A stretch of 63,202 nt of DNA, the filler included, from Perkinsus chesapeaki ATCC PRA-425 (Eukaryota > Protista > Perkinsozoa), in the NCBI GenBank assembly GCA_013115145.1. It is 13 parts of 13 records of this genome, joined end to end, with 100 filler letters (N's around TTAATTAATTAA, not from the genome) between each part and the next. Parts side by side here need not be neighbours in the genome. Positions count along the whole stretch, not along the records: positions 31,864 to 43,498 come from JAAPAO010000841.1; positions 43,599 to 44,674 come from JAAPAO010002225.1; positions 44,775 to 48,585 come from JAAPAO010001353.1; 10 more parts are not named here. One strand, given 5' to 3'. The notes beneath the pieces were generated by a model, which had not been told where the DNA came from, made no database searches, and saw only the letters and a list, made by a program, of their open reading frames with translations. Every line of letters starts with the position of its first letter. Position 1 is the first letter of the stretch. The translations under genes and the position numbers were made by a program. Positions 33,269 to 46,479 of this stretch are shown here, one piece after another.

Positions 33269-36200
33269 TTACTTCATTCTGGTAAGATTACGTTGCTTTT
33301 CGGCATCAACTACAAGCTTTTCACCACAAGGCAAACCTTTACTTCGTCGAATCTGCATCACCAATCGTCTTGCCGTATTGCCTGACCAACAGTTTCATCA
33401 TGCATACCGACACTTTATATCTTATACCTATATCCAAAGCAGCTGTAGAGTCGACATTGGACCCATAATCTTCAAGGCGTTCTCGAGTCATACACATCTC
33501 ATAAAGAGGACACTGATCATAGTCGTCAATCTGAATGAAAAAACTCTAGCGGAGCGAAGCGGTGAGTGAGTAGATTACCTTTCCTCCTCGAAGAACCCTC
33601 CAATGGCTGAATGACAGCCTCCAAAGGACCTTACCCTTAGCTGCTCCTCGAAGCTCATCAGCAAATGATTTATGGCCTAACAAGCATGGTACGATAAAGA
33701 TTGGAGATACGAGCCAATGCTTACTAACAGGGGACAAGCCAAAAGCCTCGGCGGCCGGCATATATGCTATAATCTGCTGCTCGGTATATGAGCCCTCGGC
33801 GAGGTCGGAGTATATCTAACAAATTATAGTTCTATAGTCTCTTAATCCTCCTTCTGTTACAATGTCAGATCTTCTGTGTTCCAGTAGTGCAGTCACTGCT
33901 TTAACGTGCTCACATTGCAGTTCAATTTCCAGCATAGGTTCACTAACTCTTATCAAGCCAGGTGACAGCATCGCACCTGAAAAGGGTGATGGAACTTTTT
34001 ATCAAATATCTCCCAAGGTGAACTTCAACAACATTAATAATATACGCGTATGTCGACAGCGGAAAACTTAGAAAAGTTCCTCGAAAATGTCGCCAAAATT
34101 TCCCTCTGAAGTGCACCGGTGGAAAAGGCTTAACAACTGAAGCGAAATAAACTGACGGAAACACTATCACTCCATCATAATAAAAATGGAATATTTTAGG
34201 TTACCTCGGCAAGCATCGGCAACGGCTGAGCTCAAAGTCCATGTATGGGTATCCAGGCATGATAAAGATGAGATATCTGTTACGCACTATAAAGAATTAA
34301 TCTCAGTTAAGCGTCTACGTACCTTCACCCGTGGACCCCTTCAACTTTATGCCAAGCTGCCACACTAAACCTCTGACAGGCTCGCGACACAGCGGACCAG
34401 ACATACACACTTTTTCAAAACCAAAACGAATAGCTGCTGATAATGAACCTAAAAAAGGTATACTAGTAATATATAAATGTGATGAAGTGGCATGATAATA
34501 TATAAATGTGTATTTTTATATAAATACTTACCCGAATCAACATCATGAATATCATCATCACCCTCAGCAACCCTACTAGATCGTCTACGACTCAATCCAC
34601 CACCACCATAACATGATTGTAGCGTTCCCACATTATTATCACTCAACACTTTAGACATATCACCAACCCTCAATAGTAGACAGTTACATGCAGCTTTCTG
34701 AACCTAAAACACCACCGCATGTTCGATCCCGGCATAATACATTTTAACTAACATTAATAGCGGAAAGTATAGTCCTCTGTTTCTTATCACTTGGCATGAT
34801 TATCCTCACTGCCGATTCTAATCGATCAAGATGAGTGGAATCCCCAATATTCAATGCAGCTTGGACCTGAAGGAGATTTCGTGAAACTCTTAACTTTCCC
34901 AGGGGACGGAAACTCATCGGAAACGATCAACCTTTTGATGATGGTGAGTAACTTACTTGTTGTGTATGATGGTCTAACCATTTTAATAGTTCCTCCGGCA
35001 TTGCCATTGCTGTTGCTGTTATTGTACATTTTACACCATCACCAACATTAAAACTCCTCTCGCCTCGACCATCAGACTTCAGTATGTTACTATACCTAAA
35101 ATGAATGCACATTCGCACTTCCAGTGACCTGAATATGACGCATTTCAGTTCTTGTACTAGTAGTACAGTCCGCCCTTATACATGTAGTCAGTCCCACATA
35201 ATGGGTTTAAGTTTTAGTGTGACCCCATATAGAATTATAGGAACTGAGGTGTTCTCTATTAATATTTCAGGGGGTATGACTTTACTCTGGTTGCTCTGAG
35301 TTCCCATACGAAATATGAGAGAAACCCTTAGCAATAAAATGCAGAATAACTGTTCGAAGGAGTACATGAATCAATTATTAATCAAGTTGAGGAATTAATT
35401 AACCCGATAATAGGGGGAAGGTAAAGTAGTACTATGAGTCTCGGAGACGTCTCGTTGATTGTATAACGGTAAATTAAACTTACTCACTGAGCCAGCTGAC
35501 ATCCATCGGTCCTGATAAAGCATCGGCCCCTCGATTATCAGATGTAAAATGACGCCAATCGATCGGAGGATCGATTGCGGCAGTTTCACGAAGCTCAACC
35601 ATCGGCTCGGATATCCTACAATCCGCACCAACTGCGTACAGCTGACGAAGATCTTGGACCTGAAAAGATATATTTTCGTAGCAGCCAGAAGATTTATTAA
35701 ATGACGGTCGAATGGTCGCAAGGCCTATAACATAGAACCAAATTTTACTAACGAGTTTTAAAAACCTTCAACAGTAACGACTTTCTCACTCATTATTTTC
35801 AGGTACGGCAAGTTTAGTGTTCCCTTTTTCGTACGTTCGTTACGTACTTTAAAAGGCACCGTGTTGTTACGGTACCTAGATCTAGGTGTGACATACATAT
35901 TCTGAATCCCCGTAATTTTCTCTATCGGATAGTGTTGTTTGTTTTTTGTAAGAATTTTTCTCACTCCAGTCCCACCAAAACATACCCGTGTAGAGATATC
36001 GAACATGACGGAGGACCCAAAGGAGTATTATACAACTGTAGGAGATACAAGTCATGCTTTCTCTACTCCAGACGATCCAATTTAGATTAAAGATAAGAAT
36101 ATAAACAGGTGTAGTTAGTAACTACTACCCTGACGGTGTACTGTTGTGAAAGTGGGACGTTAGTTAGTGAGTAATTCTTATAATAGTACGTGAGTAAAGA

Positions 36201-39200
36201 ATCAATATATAATAATATAAACTACTACTTTATAAGACTAACTTACACATCTATGTAAATGTTCATCTCCACAACAACCAATGAGTAGTTCTCCCGTATC
36301 AGGATTCCTCGCAACACTTGCCGCTGGATCAGCTTGTTTAAGTCTTATCAAACCAAGTGTTAGAGCGTCGGTGTCCTCCAGTCGAATAGGTGATACGGAC
36401 ACTCGAACCTTGATAAAAATATCGAATAAAATTATCCACAGAAATCGATCCAAATTCCGTGCATCATTGACGTGTAATTGTAAAACGATGACAGTGCCTA
36501 TTTCGAGTGCAACTTTCACATGAACATTCATAAGGAATCCGATTTCAAAAATTGGTGATGAATTCAATTGCATTTTATGGTGTAAAATGTTCTGCCAGTC
36601 TCCAGGAGCATCAGAACAATTTCATAACTATGTCGTGCATAGTTTACATTCAAGAACGGATCAACTTCCTTGGAGATCAATCCTGTTGGGAACTATTCGA
36701 GATATCTCCCATGAGAAAAACTCGAAGCTGTACTCTTGAAAATGCAGGTTTACCGGCATACTGCCAGAATGCAGTATTATTCAAAGCATATATCTGTTCA
36801 GGTTTAAGGTGTGATAATGCGACACCAGTTCAACAGAGCTCAGTCAGCAGCTCATCAAGCTTCCTTAAAGAACTGTCCTTTAGCCGTGTTCATCACCCTT
36901 TCAGTTTCATTCATTCCTTTTATTAATGTATTCACATGCCCTAAAGTTTTCTGACATGTGTCGGGGAATAAAGGAAAGTCCTGTCACCTCCCTCGTGACC
37001 CCAGGCTCCTCGAAAGGTACGCCATATATCAGAATGGGCATAAAATAACCTCCTTTGGAATAGCCTCCAAAATGAAGGCTATTTCACTTAATCAGTTCAC
37101 TGTAATTTTTCTCCTCAACTACAAGACGACCAACACTCGGCTAGGCCCCACAGTAAGCGCCGCTGCGGGTGGAGACGACACAGTTCCTTGGAGTTAAGGG
37201 TTTTCTGTGTCCTTTGCATGTGGCAGAGGAAATTCCTCCTCTTCTATCAATGTTTCTTCAGCATTCGCCCTGGCGGCAAGCGTATATGAACCAGCGTCAT
37301 CAGTGTGTGCAAGGGCGGCGGCGGGCATCACTTACACCTAGTAAGCCAATAAAAGCAGCTTGTCACTACAGACACGTGTAGAAAATCGAAATGCCAGCTG
37401 CTCGAGAACGAGCTTTCAGTTATGATCATCATCAGTGGCAGATAACGAGCGTTGGTCACATTCGAAAGGTACTATAACCGCCTACTTGTTATGTTTCAGG
37501 TATAGCTGCAGCTGAAATATACTAGCTGGGACACGGTGATCGAGGATTGCAAAAAGCAGGTACCATTCTTATAAGTCGTAGCATCATCACCATTACCATG
37601 CTATAAAAATACAGTATACTTAGTGAACAGAGTGACTCTTCTACATGTGGAAGAAGAGCTCATGCATTACTGTGTATTATACTACTACTATATCCAACAA
37701 ACCGTCACTGCTTTCATTACCTATTAACCCGACTTGGACTTGGATAACCTACTCACTTATTGATATTTGACGTAGGTATTTAAAGTAGCAGCTTTCAGTA
37801 TTTTATAGATTAAAATTTGTGCCTTTATTGACCTTGAGCGGGAATACGTTAAGGAAAATGGGTTTGAATAATTATTTGATCGATAGAAGGTGTAGTCGAT
37901 GATGCTTCCTAACAGCTCAGAGTGACATCGAAAAACAGTAGTCATATAATGCCCCCAACGCTTACAATGCTCTGCTGTCCTTCAAAAGGGCTCACGAAAG
38001 GTGGCATATCCTTCACGCTTGATAAGGTAACTCCACTACAGGCAGAACGACTAGCAGCTTCAAATGCATCAGGTGCACTTGAATCAACAACTGAGATGCC
38101 GGGAAATAAATCGTTGCAGTGCGCGAAGATACCCCCACCCTCATCCGTGCCATTCAATACTAATCCAACGACACAGCCTGCTTTAGCTTCTTTCGCAGGA
38201 ACCAATGAGCTCGCCAATACAACATAAATTCCACTAACAGTTACCATGGATCCTTCCTGGTCACCTACAATGACAAATATCGACCAACTCGGAGCTGGCT
38301 AATTCCACTCACCATCTACAACTTCATCAGTATTATCTTGTTTTTCACCTTCCCCAGTGGCATCTCGTAAAACATACAACTGCTGACCTTGCTTAATAAC
38401 GCCGGAAAATACCCGAGTCATCGCAACAAACCCGTTCAGTTCTCTATAGGCATCTACCTGACAGCGGAGCGAAGCGTTTCATGAGTAATATTTTCGATAT
38501 ACTACTTTATCTCCAATCAGACAACCTAGTCTTAAATCGGCTGCCTGAAATTTGGATACAAACGCCACTGTTGGGGCATCTTCACGCCGGGGATGTGCCG
38601 TGAGAGAATCTTTGTATAATTCAACCTCATCTGCCGATAACCCACATCGACCTAAGATACGCCAGGTACTCCTCCATTCGCATACGAGATTCAACTTTAA
38701 TAAACCGTTGCCATATGACAGCACGATGCTCAGTCTCGAAAGCTAAACTCCTACCATCGGTAATCGATTTATCGCAAGTTTGATATCATAGGAGTTTATA
38801 GAGCATCCAGCCATGAACCTACTACCATCTTCGGACCACAACCCTGGTACGAGTGTCTCCATCCTCCTTTTAGCTGATTCTACAGGACTTGGTAATTTAT
38901 TAATACATGAAGTGAATATCTGTTGACTCAGTGGGAATTGCCTAGACAACACTTCTCGGCCTAATAAAACAAACTATGTAGCTGAATACGTTAAGCCTCT
39001 CATCTCTCAATCTAAAGGTCCCTAGTTCAATTCCCTCTACCTCTATTTGTATCCTGTTCATATAACTTCCATATATTCTCCAACACCAACTTAACAAATG
39101 TTCGACTGCCAGTCACCCCTCCCTCGAGCGCCTCAAATCCTTTCTTTTTTAAGCAATAATCCCCCCACAGATATTTAACAACATCATCAGCATTGGCTTC

Positions 39201-41528
39201 TACACCGATAGCTCTCGTCGCTTTTAATTTCCCAAGTAACAGCTTGTCTGCCCATGTCCGAAGATCGAACGCCCAACCATGTAGAGCAGACGCAAATAAA
39301 ACCTATAAAATACCCCTACCAGGAATCGAACCTGCGAACCTTACGTTGTTAGAGGTAGGATCGAAACTACCATACATTGCCTCATCGACTGGGTCAATCT
39401 CATCCAGACCTTTACTCTCTTTATCAGACTCAACCAAGTTTAGGAAATGCATATTGACATCTTCGATTATACTCCGTATGCGCTGAAATAGCAACACCGA
39501 TAAAGGTTGAAACCATTAACCGAGCGATCCAGGTTCAACTCCCCCGCGTGACATTTATTATACGATCACCGAACCCTATTGGAACTGCATTTTGGACAGT
39601 AATACAATTCTTATCCGGTTAATAAAGAAAATAAAGTGATCTGATGGAGCACCGTTCCGTTACATGAGGAATAACAGCAGCATAAAAGTGCCTATAAAGG
39701 TAAGAGTATTATAAAATTAGTCTCCTACACACAGGCTACTCCTTAAGCATGTGTTCCGAAAGTACAGATGTATCAGCAATAGCAAGACACGTTACTAAAA
39801 GTAACGTGCTGCTTTCCTTTCGGAACATTAAATATTCTTCTACGACGCTCGGCTCCACACCCTTTCATTGTCCTACACTAAACCTATTTATTACCAAAAC
39901 TAAACCTTTCCCCCTGCAACCCCCCTCCCTTTATTATTATAACCTGGAATGCATCCTCTGGATCTGGGTAAAGTGCAGCCAATCTATCAAGCTTGTTTAA
40001 GACGAGTAAAGGCTGAACTCTATCTTCAAATGCCTGTCGCATAACATGACGAGTTTGAGGCCTTACCTGCATTTAAACACAAATAGCGGAGAGAGCGGTA
40101 TGAATCCACATACCCCTTCAATGCAGTCTACCAATAATAGGCAACCGTCCGTTAACCGCGACGCTGACGACACTTCAGCGCTGAAGTCTAAATGACCGGG
40201 AGAATCTACCTGAAATATTACAGGATCGTCAACTAGGGAAGCTACAATGCAGAAGATGATTAATCTGTAGGTCCAAATGAACAAATTTTCATAATAGAAA
40301 GTTTTCCAGGTTTTTTGATAATGAAATAAATTGAAAGATCTTGGTAACATCATCCACGAGTAACTGTCCTTATGTGAACCACATGCTCAACCTGCTGCTG
40401 CCGAATACACTGCTGTTCCATAACATGCATTGATAAGACAGTATCTTTTACACGTGGCATCAAAATCATTCGTGAAGATTTTCGTAAAAAAAACTTGATT
40501 TTCCCCTCTTCTCTCCAGCCCATTGCGGCACCCTCAAGAACCAATCTTTCCTGGATCTCAAATTATGCGATCCTACAGCCCTTATAGGGTAATAACTATC
40601 AATGCAAGCTAGTGGAGTCTCCACTACAGCCTACCAAACTCTCACCGTTCATCATGAAGAAAGTAGTGAACCTCTAGAATTGCTTCAAACATTATCTTTC
40701 AGCTATACTTAGTAGAAATATCTGTAATGGATAGGTTTGCCGATACGACACGAGTCAACGGTCACGGTGACATCGGGCGCAAATCTCTATAACATCGCCT
40801 ACCCCACCCAGTAGTACTACCAAGTTGAATAGATGACCATTATCATCCAGCAATGTAACACAACTACTAGCAATTGTTATCATACGCCTAGACTCATCCT
40901 CACGATTATCTAAATAACGTACCTAACTTGAACCATGCTTCAAAGGATGCCAAAAAGATACCAAACAGGTCATGACCTAAACGACATCTAGAACTGCGTG
41001 CAAATTGAAGTAATATGAGCAGCTGGAAATAGTTTATTTACATCAATTAGATATGCCTGATAGGTTGAATGCAGCCGTGATGCCTAATGTTGTATTTAAA
41101 GAGTAGCAGTCCTTCCTGTATATTACAGCTTCCCCTGTCTTAGTTCCTTCCTCAACTTGCTTTGGTGATATTATCCTATTACTTGCTAATAGATAATCTG
41201 ATAATGTTGTTTTACCTGAATACGAGATAAGAGTCAATATACTGATGACATAACGAAAGCCGCCATGTTACACAAGTTATTGAGGGTTGTTGGGTAAATA
41301 ATTAACCTTTATTATAATGTAAGCTATTCTATATTACGTATATAACCAATTGATGGAATCAATCATCACATCTATTATATTCCATTCAATTTACAGTCTT
41401 AAAGTCATGTGCAAGGATCAAGCTAAGATACCATCTGTATTACCATGATCAACATGTGCTATAATAGATATATTCCTTATATCATTTATAGGTGTATTAT
41501 ATATACCATTTAATAGCTTATCCATCAT
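33269..41528 (-). CDS. EFL1: Elongation factor-like GTPase 1 (EF-2 paralogue, 60S maturation), multi-exon
   Basis: [13 protein letters not shown]|[57 protein letters not shown]...FSHW, and C-terminus IRRSKGL...[17 protein letters not shown], typical of EFL1/Ria1. Confidence 0.92.
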
Positions 41529-41592
41529 AACTAATAATATAATAATAAATACTACTATAAAACACAACAGTAAATTTGTAACAACATCGACC

Positions 41593-41988
41593 TTAAAATG
41601 ATGGTTTTAAAATTGCATGATGATCAGCAGAAAGATGTATCCTCAATTCAGTCCCTACGAAGTCCATCCTCTTCATAAAGTACTTCAAGTCATTCTTCCC
41701 GAAAAGATACTCGGGCCTCAGTTCCTCAAACATCGCTTTTCTGGTTAGTTCTTTATCCATCCATTTAAGTTTCATACTACCATACTTCGCATTGGTAATA
41801 CGTATACCGTAAGCGATTATAAGCCGTCTCGTTTGAGTATTATGCAACTCGAACATCAATTCAGCATGGTTGGTGAATTGGACTTTCAAGTGGTGATGCT
41901 CGTTTATGAGGTATCCCTCGTATACCTCCTCATCTGTGGCCCATGTAAAGGCTATTAATAAGATGATGATAGGGGGTTTAAACATCAT
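41593..41988 (-). CDS. Small secreted protein, 'MFK' family member 1
   Basis: 131 aa, intronless, signal-like MMFKPPIIILLIAFTWA; paralogous to 42627-43025. Confidence 0.75.
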   Translation of the reverse strand: MMFKPPIIILLIAFTWATDEEVYEGYLINEHHHLKVQFTNHAELMFELHNTQTRRLIIAYGIRITNAKYGSMKLKWMDKELTRKAMFEELRPEYLFGKNDLKYFMKRMDFVGTELRIHLSADHHAILKPSF

Positions 41989-42079
41989 TACAGCAGCTTT
42001 AAACTACCAAACGGGAGCATATGACATGATTAATAAACACAACAACTGTTTCATAACAACAGCACGTATTAATATCATC

Positions 42080-42501
42080 TTAATTGCTCTCACTGACTGT
42101 CAATGAGATGCATGATTCTGGGCAGATCTCGGATGATGACAGGGCTATCACCAGTCCCTCGTCTGTCTTAGTAAATCTAGTCATAAAAGGCTTAAAGTCT
42201 TTTGAATCATCTAAACCATATAACCCTTTAGCTTTGTAAACATACCAACCTTAGTCTTAGCATTGCTCCTCCAATCTATAAGATACTCACCGTCCTTACC
42301 CTTCCGATATAAAAGGCTCATAGCAGGTTGAACACCGGTCAACATCATACGTACTTCTTTCCATGTTCTACGAGAATGACGGTCGAGATTCTGGTGATCC
42401 AAGTTGACCCTGTAAACTGACCGTGAAGTATCTGGACGTAGAGATCCAAATGTGAAGGTAGCTATAAAAGCAATGATGTAAATGATAGTAGATTTGAACA
42501 T
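42080..42501 (-). pseudogene. 'MFK' family member 2, frameshifted near 42220
   Basis: Signal MFKSTIIYIIAF. After MFTKLK the family-like C-terminus LYGLDDSKDFKPFMTRFTKTDEGLVIALS continues in the -1 frame. Confidence 0.6.
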
Positions 42502-42626
42502 TATAGAGGGTGTAAATGTTAAAGTGAACAATTAGCAAGTGAGAAACGTCAACTTCAAGTTTACAGCAATTAGTCATATAGTAATGTAAAAACACAAATC
42601 ATTCAATATAGCATGACATCAACATC

Positions 42627-43025
42627 TCACATGGGCGGTATTACTTCAACGCGATTGGGAGATATATTAACCTTCAATCCATGCTTAACCCTTTCCATCT
42701 TATTCATGAAATATTCCCAATCCTTCTCATCAAGACCTGTATACCTCTTACGCATCATATTGAACATAGCTGTGCAGGCCCAGTGTTTGCCCTCCCACTC
42801 TACTTTAATTTCATTGCCTTGAGTGGGTGTTGTGGTGAGTCCTATGGCTTGTATCTTATCGTTTGTTTTCAGGTCAGTCAGCCTAATATCAGCTTTACCG
42901 GGCCAATAAAGCTTAATTTTCAACTCGTAAAGGCTGTTTAAGTAGCCTTTATATTTTTCTTCCTTACTCTGTACAAGGACGGGTATAAAAGCTAGTATAT
43001 ACAAGAAGATAGTAGCTTTGAACAT
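42627..43025 (-). CDS. Small secreted protein, 'MFK' family member 3
   Basis: Signal MFKATIFLYILAFIPVLVQS. Shares E.Y.GYL, W..K, AMF, D..YFM..M with member 1. Confidence 0.75.
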   Translation of the reverse strand: MFKATIFLYILAFIPVLVQSKEEKYKGYLNSLYELKIKLYWPGKADIRLTDLKTNDKIQAIGLTTTPTQGNEIKVEWEGKHWACTAMFNMMRKRYTGLDEKDWEYFMNKMERVKHGLKVNISPNRVEVIPPM

Positions 43026-43066
43026 TAGTGAATAACTGAATAAACTGATTAGGGGGTGTTGGAGTA

Positions 43067-43378
43067 ACGGGAACAAAGGGCCCCTTTATTACAACGAGCA
43101 CAAAGGGCCCCTTTATTACAACGAGCACAAAGGGCCCCTTTATTACAACGGGAACAAAGGGCCCCTTTATTACAACGGGAACAAAGGGCCCCTTTATTAC
43201 AACGGGAACAAAGGGCCCCTTTATTACAANNNNNNNNNNNNNNNNNNNNNNNNNNNNNNNNNNNNNNNNNNNNNNNNNNNNNNNNNNNNNNNNNNNNNNN
43301 NNNNNNNNNNNNNNNNNNNNNNNNNACAACGGTAACAAAGGGCCCCTTTATTACAACGGGAACAAAGGGCCCCTTTAC
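43067..43378. repeat. 27-bp tandem repeat spanning an N gap
   Basis: Unit AACGGGAACAAAGGGCCCCTTTATTAC with AACGAGCAC and AACGGTAAC variants; minus strand reads (VIKGPFVPV)n. Confidence 0.95.
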
Positions 43379-45004
43379 AGGTTTGAACATTATTCAAGTG
43401 TAAATGTTGAATGGAAATGGTCAACTGTGTTGTGTCCACTGTCCCTGTATGCTAGTAAGCTAGGCTAGTACGCTAGTGGCCAATATCCCCATATCCATNN
43501 NNNNNNNNNNNNNNNNNNNNNNNNNNNNNNNNNNNNNNNNNNTTAATTAATTAANNNNNNNNNNNNNNNNNNNNNNNNNNNNNNNNNNNNNNNNNNNNAT
43601 GTCTCGATATTCGGTTTTCAGTAAGAACCAGTCCAAAAAGTTCCTAACGAAGCGCATGCTTCGTACCGGGTACGGCCATAACGGTTCGGCGTACCCTTGT
43701 TTCTGCGGGAAAGGACCTTCTCAAAAAGTGTTGTAATTTACCACTAATGAAAACTCGTACATTTTTACGGTCCTCTCACCAATGATCGGATCGGAGATTC
43801 TCTAGTGGAGGAAGATAGGAAGCTATAAATTTCAGCTTCTAAACTCCTCCCCAAAATAATGAACTGAAGAGGACCCCAGATGGTCAACTTCAAACTTGAA
43901 CCAAATCCCGGCACCACCACCATGAATGTTTTCAGTGTTCACTGAGCCCAAGGATGATCTTTGAAAGATCGAAATAACGCACTTTGGCCCTACTGTTCGG
44001 GTGTTTCCTCAGGATCCATAGTTAACACAACAGTTAGGAATATATACCCAACTATAATAATAAGTAACAATAACATCAATAACTGGACAATTAGCTAAGG
44101 GGACAGTTATTGTGCAGCTAGAAATATATAAGTGTGCAAGTGTATGTCTGGGAAATGCTCACACTACCCCGAGAAAGTTCCAAAGTATCCGATTCAACAG
44201 TACGTTTCACATCTTTATCATCATTTTTGCTCCAGTTGGACTTACGGAACATGGTATTGAGAGAACGGATTCCGTTCTCTCCGATTTCAGTTCAACGGAA
44301 ATCAAGGTGTCATCCTGTGGATTAAATGCTCTATGGGAGAGACTCAATGCACTGATACAAAAAGCTTATTGGAAACTCTAGTGAATCACTAGTAGTGATG
44401 AGGCACTTGGTCCGCACTCTTACGCTTTCTTTTGACCACATTAATATTCAGTTAGGAGGATTCCACAGGACTAAACTCGAAGCAACCTCGGATAGGATAG
44501 TCTCCGGAGGAGTTCCTAGATCATCAACGAGCCGGTGGTTTCCGGTCGAGACGTGGCTATCAAAAGGTACTCAACGCAACACAGATGCTTTTATGAACCA
44601 CCCAAAGTTCAAATACAAGTTTCGAAGTTAACTATTAACACTCCACTGGATGGCGCAGCACTAACAAAATATACNNNNNNNNNNNNNNNNNNNNNNNNNN
44701 NNNNNNNNNNNNNNNNNNTTAATTAATTAANNNNNNNNNNNNNNNNNNNNNNNNNNNNNNNNNNNNNNNNNNNNACTACGTCCGTTCATCGCCTACTACT
44801 CTGCCTACTACACCTATATCTGCAATCTTCTAGGTGTTGCGTCTCTAAGAGTCTCGCAGTGATACTCTAAACCCCCAAATCGCTGCTATTTTATTACGTA
44901 TATAGCGTGCGCCATACTAATCGATAATGGGGGTACGGGAGGGAGCGAGAGAAAGAAGGCATGTATACTACTACTTTAGATTGTTGTTGTTGTTTATTGT
45001 TATT

Positions 45005-46268
45005 ATGATTAATAGTATAAATGTTGGTGGAGGAGATTCATTTTATATTAATGATTCTCGTACATTGCAAAAAGAGGTAATATATTGTTTATATTGATGA
45101 ATAACAGAGATAGTCTTATTTATTAATAATTAGATAAATGATATTAATAAAAATATTGGTATAATAAAAGGAAAGTTATTATTAGATTATAGTAATAAGA
45201 TAATATTAGATGATATAAGAAATATTATCGACAAAAGTGTTAAATTAACATCATGTGCACAGAAGGATCTTAATCAGTAATATAGATATTAAATTAGATT
45301 GTTATTAGTATGATTATTGGTTGTTATAATAATAGGTTTAAAGATTATATACGTAATGCACCAACACCACAAGATGGTATTAAAAGGGAAGAAATGTTTA
45401 ATAAATTTAATAATAACTTAACAATATCGGTTAAAGAATTAGAAAATGTTATTGAAGAATATGCTAAAATAAGAAAAGATAATAGAAAAGGAGGAGGATG
45501 TAATAATAAAGGATATAATGAATAATAATTATTATTAGTAATATCATCTCAATCAGCATCATCTAGTACATCATCATCATCAAAAACAACAGCAATGAGA
45601 AGAATAATAAAAGATAAAAGAAATAATACACCATCAACTTCGCCGTCATCAACAACAACATCATCATTGTATTATAATGGATATAGTGGTAATAATAACA
45701 AGGTAATAACAATAGACGTTAAAATTATTATTATGTTAATTAGGAAATGAATACTATTGATGATAATAATATATATGAATATAGTCAAAGAGTAATAATA
45801 ATTAATATTGAATTATTATCAATATTATCATTGAATTAGTAGTTACAACATCATCATCTTATACCATCTACTATTACTACTCAATCAATAAGTAGTAGGA
45901 CACAATCGCAGGATATTGGAGGATATAATGGTGATGATGATTTAGAGAATGGTAATAGCAGTAGCGGTAATAGTTGTGGTGCATTGTATTATGATAATAT
46001 GAGAATTAATGATATTAAAAAGATTAATAATGATATGGGTGAATTACAGAATATTTATATAAGTTTAAATAATGATATTATTGGACAAGAAGATAGAGTT
46101 AATAATATACATGATGCAATGTTAAGAACATTAGATTCAACACAAAAGGCAAATATTGAATTACAACAAGCAACTAATAGTAGAGATACATCATTAAAAC
46201 GTAAATTATATGCATTTGGTGCAATTGCTGCTACTGCTGGTTTGTATATATTAATATCATCATTGTAA
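45005..46268 (+). CDS. Syntaxin (Qa-SNARE), multi-exon, AT-rich
   Basis: Last exon RINDIKKINNDMGELQNIYISLNNDIIGQEDRVNNIHDAM...ANIELQQA (SNARE motif with central Q), then a C-terminal TM segment. Start is inferred. Confidence 0.85.
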
Positions 46269-46479
46269 TAATAATTATTATTACCATTTAAACCGATTAT
46301 ATTTTTATTATTGTGTTATATTATTAATAACAACAAACACAAAACATATCTATTATTATAATATATCATTATCATCAACATTAATAGCATTATAATTTAA
46401 TTTATTACACGTATCTTCTAATAATTTTAATAATGAACCTTCTGTGGTAATTCTATCTTCTTTTTCCTAATTATAATTT

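Noticed and set aside
43599-44674. Coding potential of this contig
   Set aside because: Only short broken ORFs with no recognisable motif; too weak to call.
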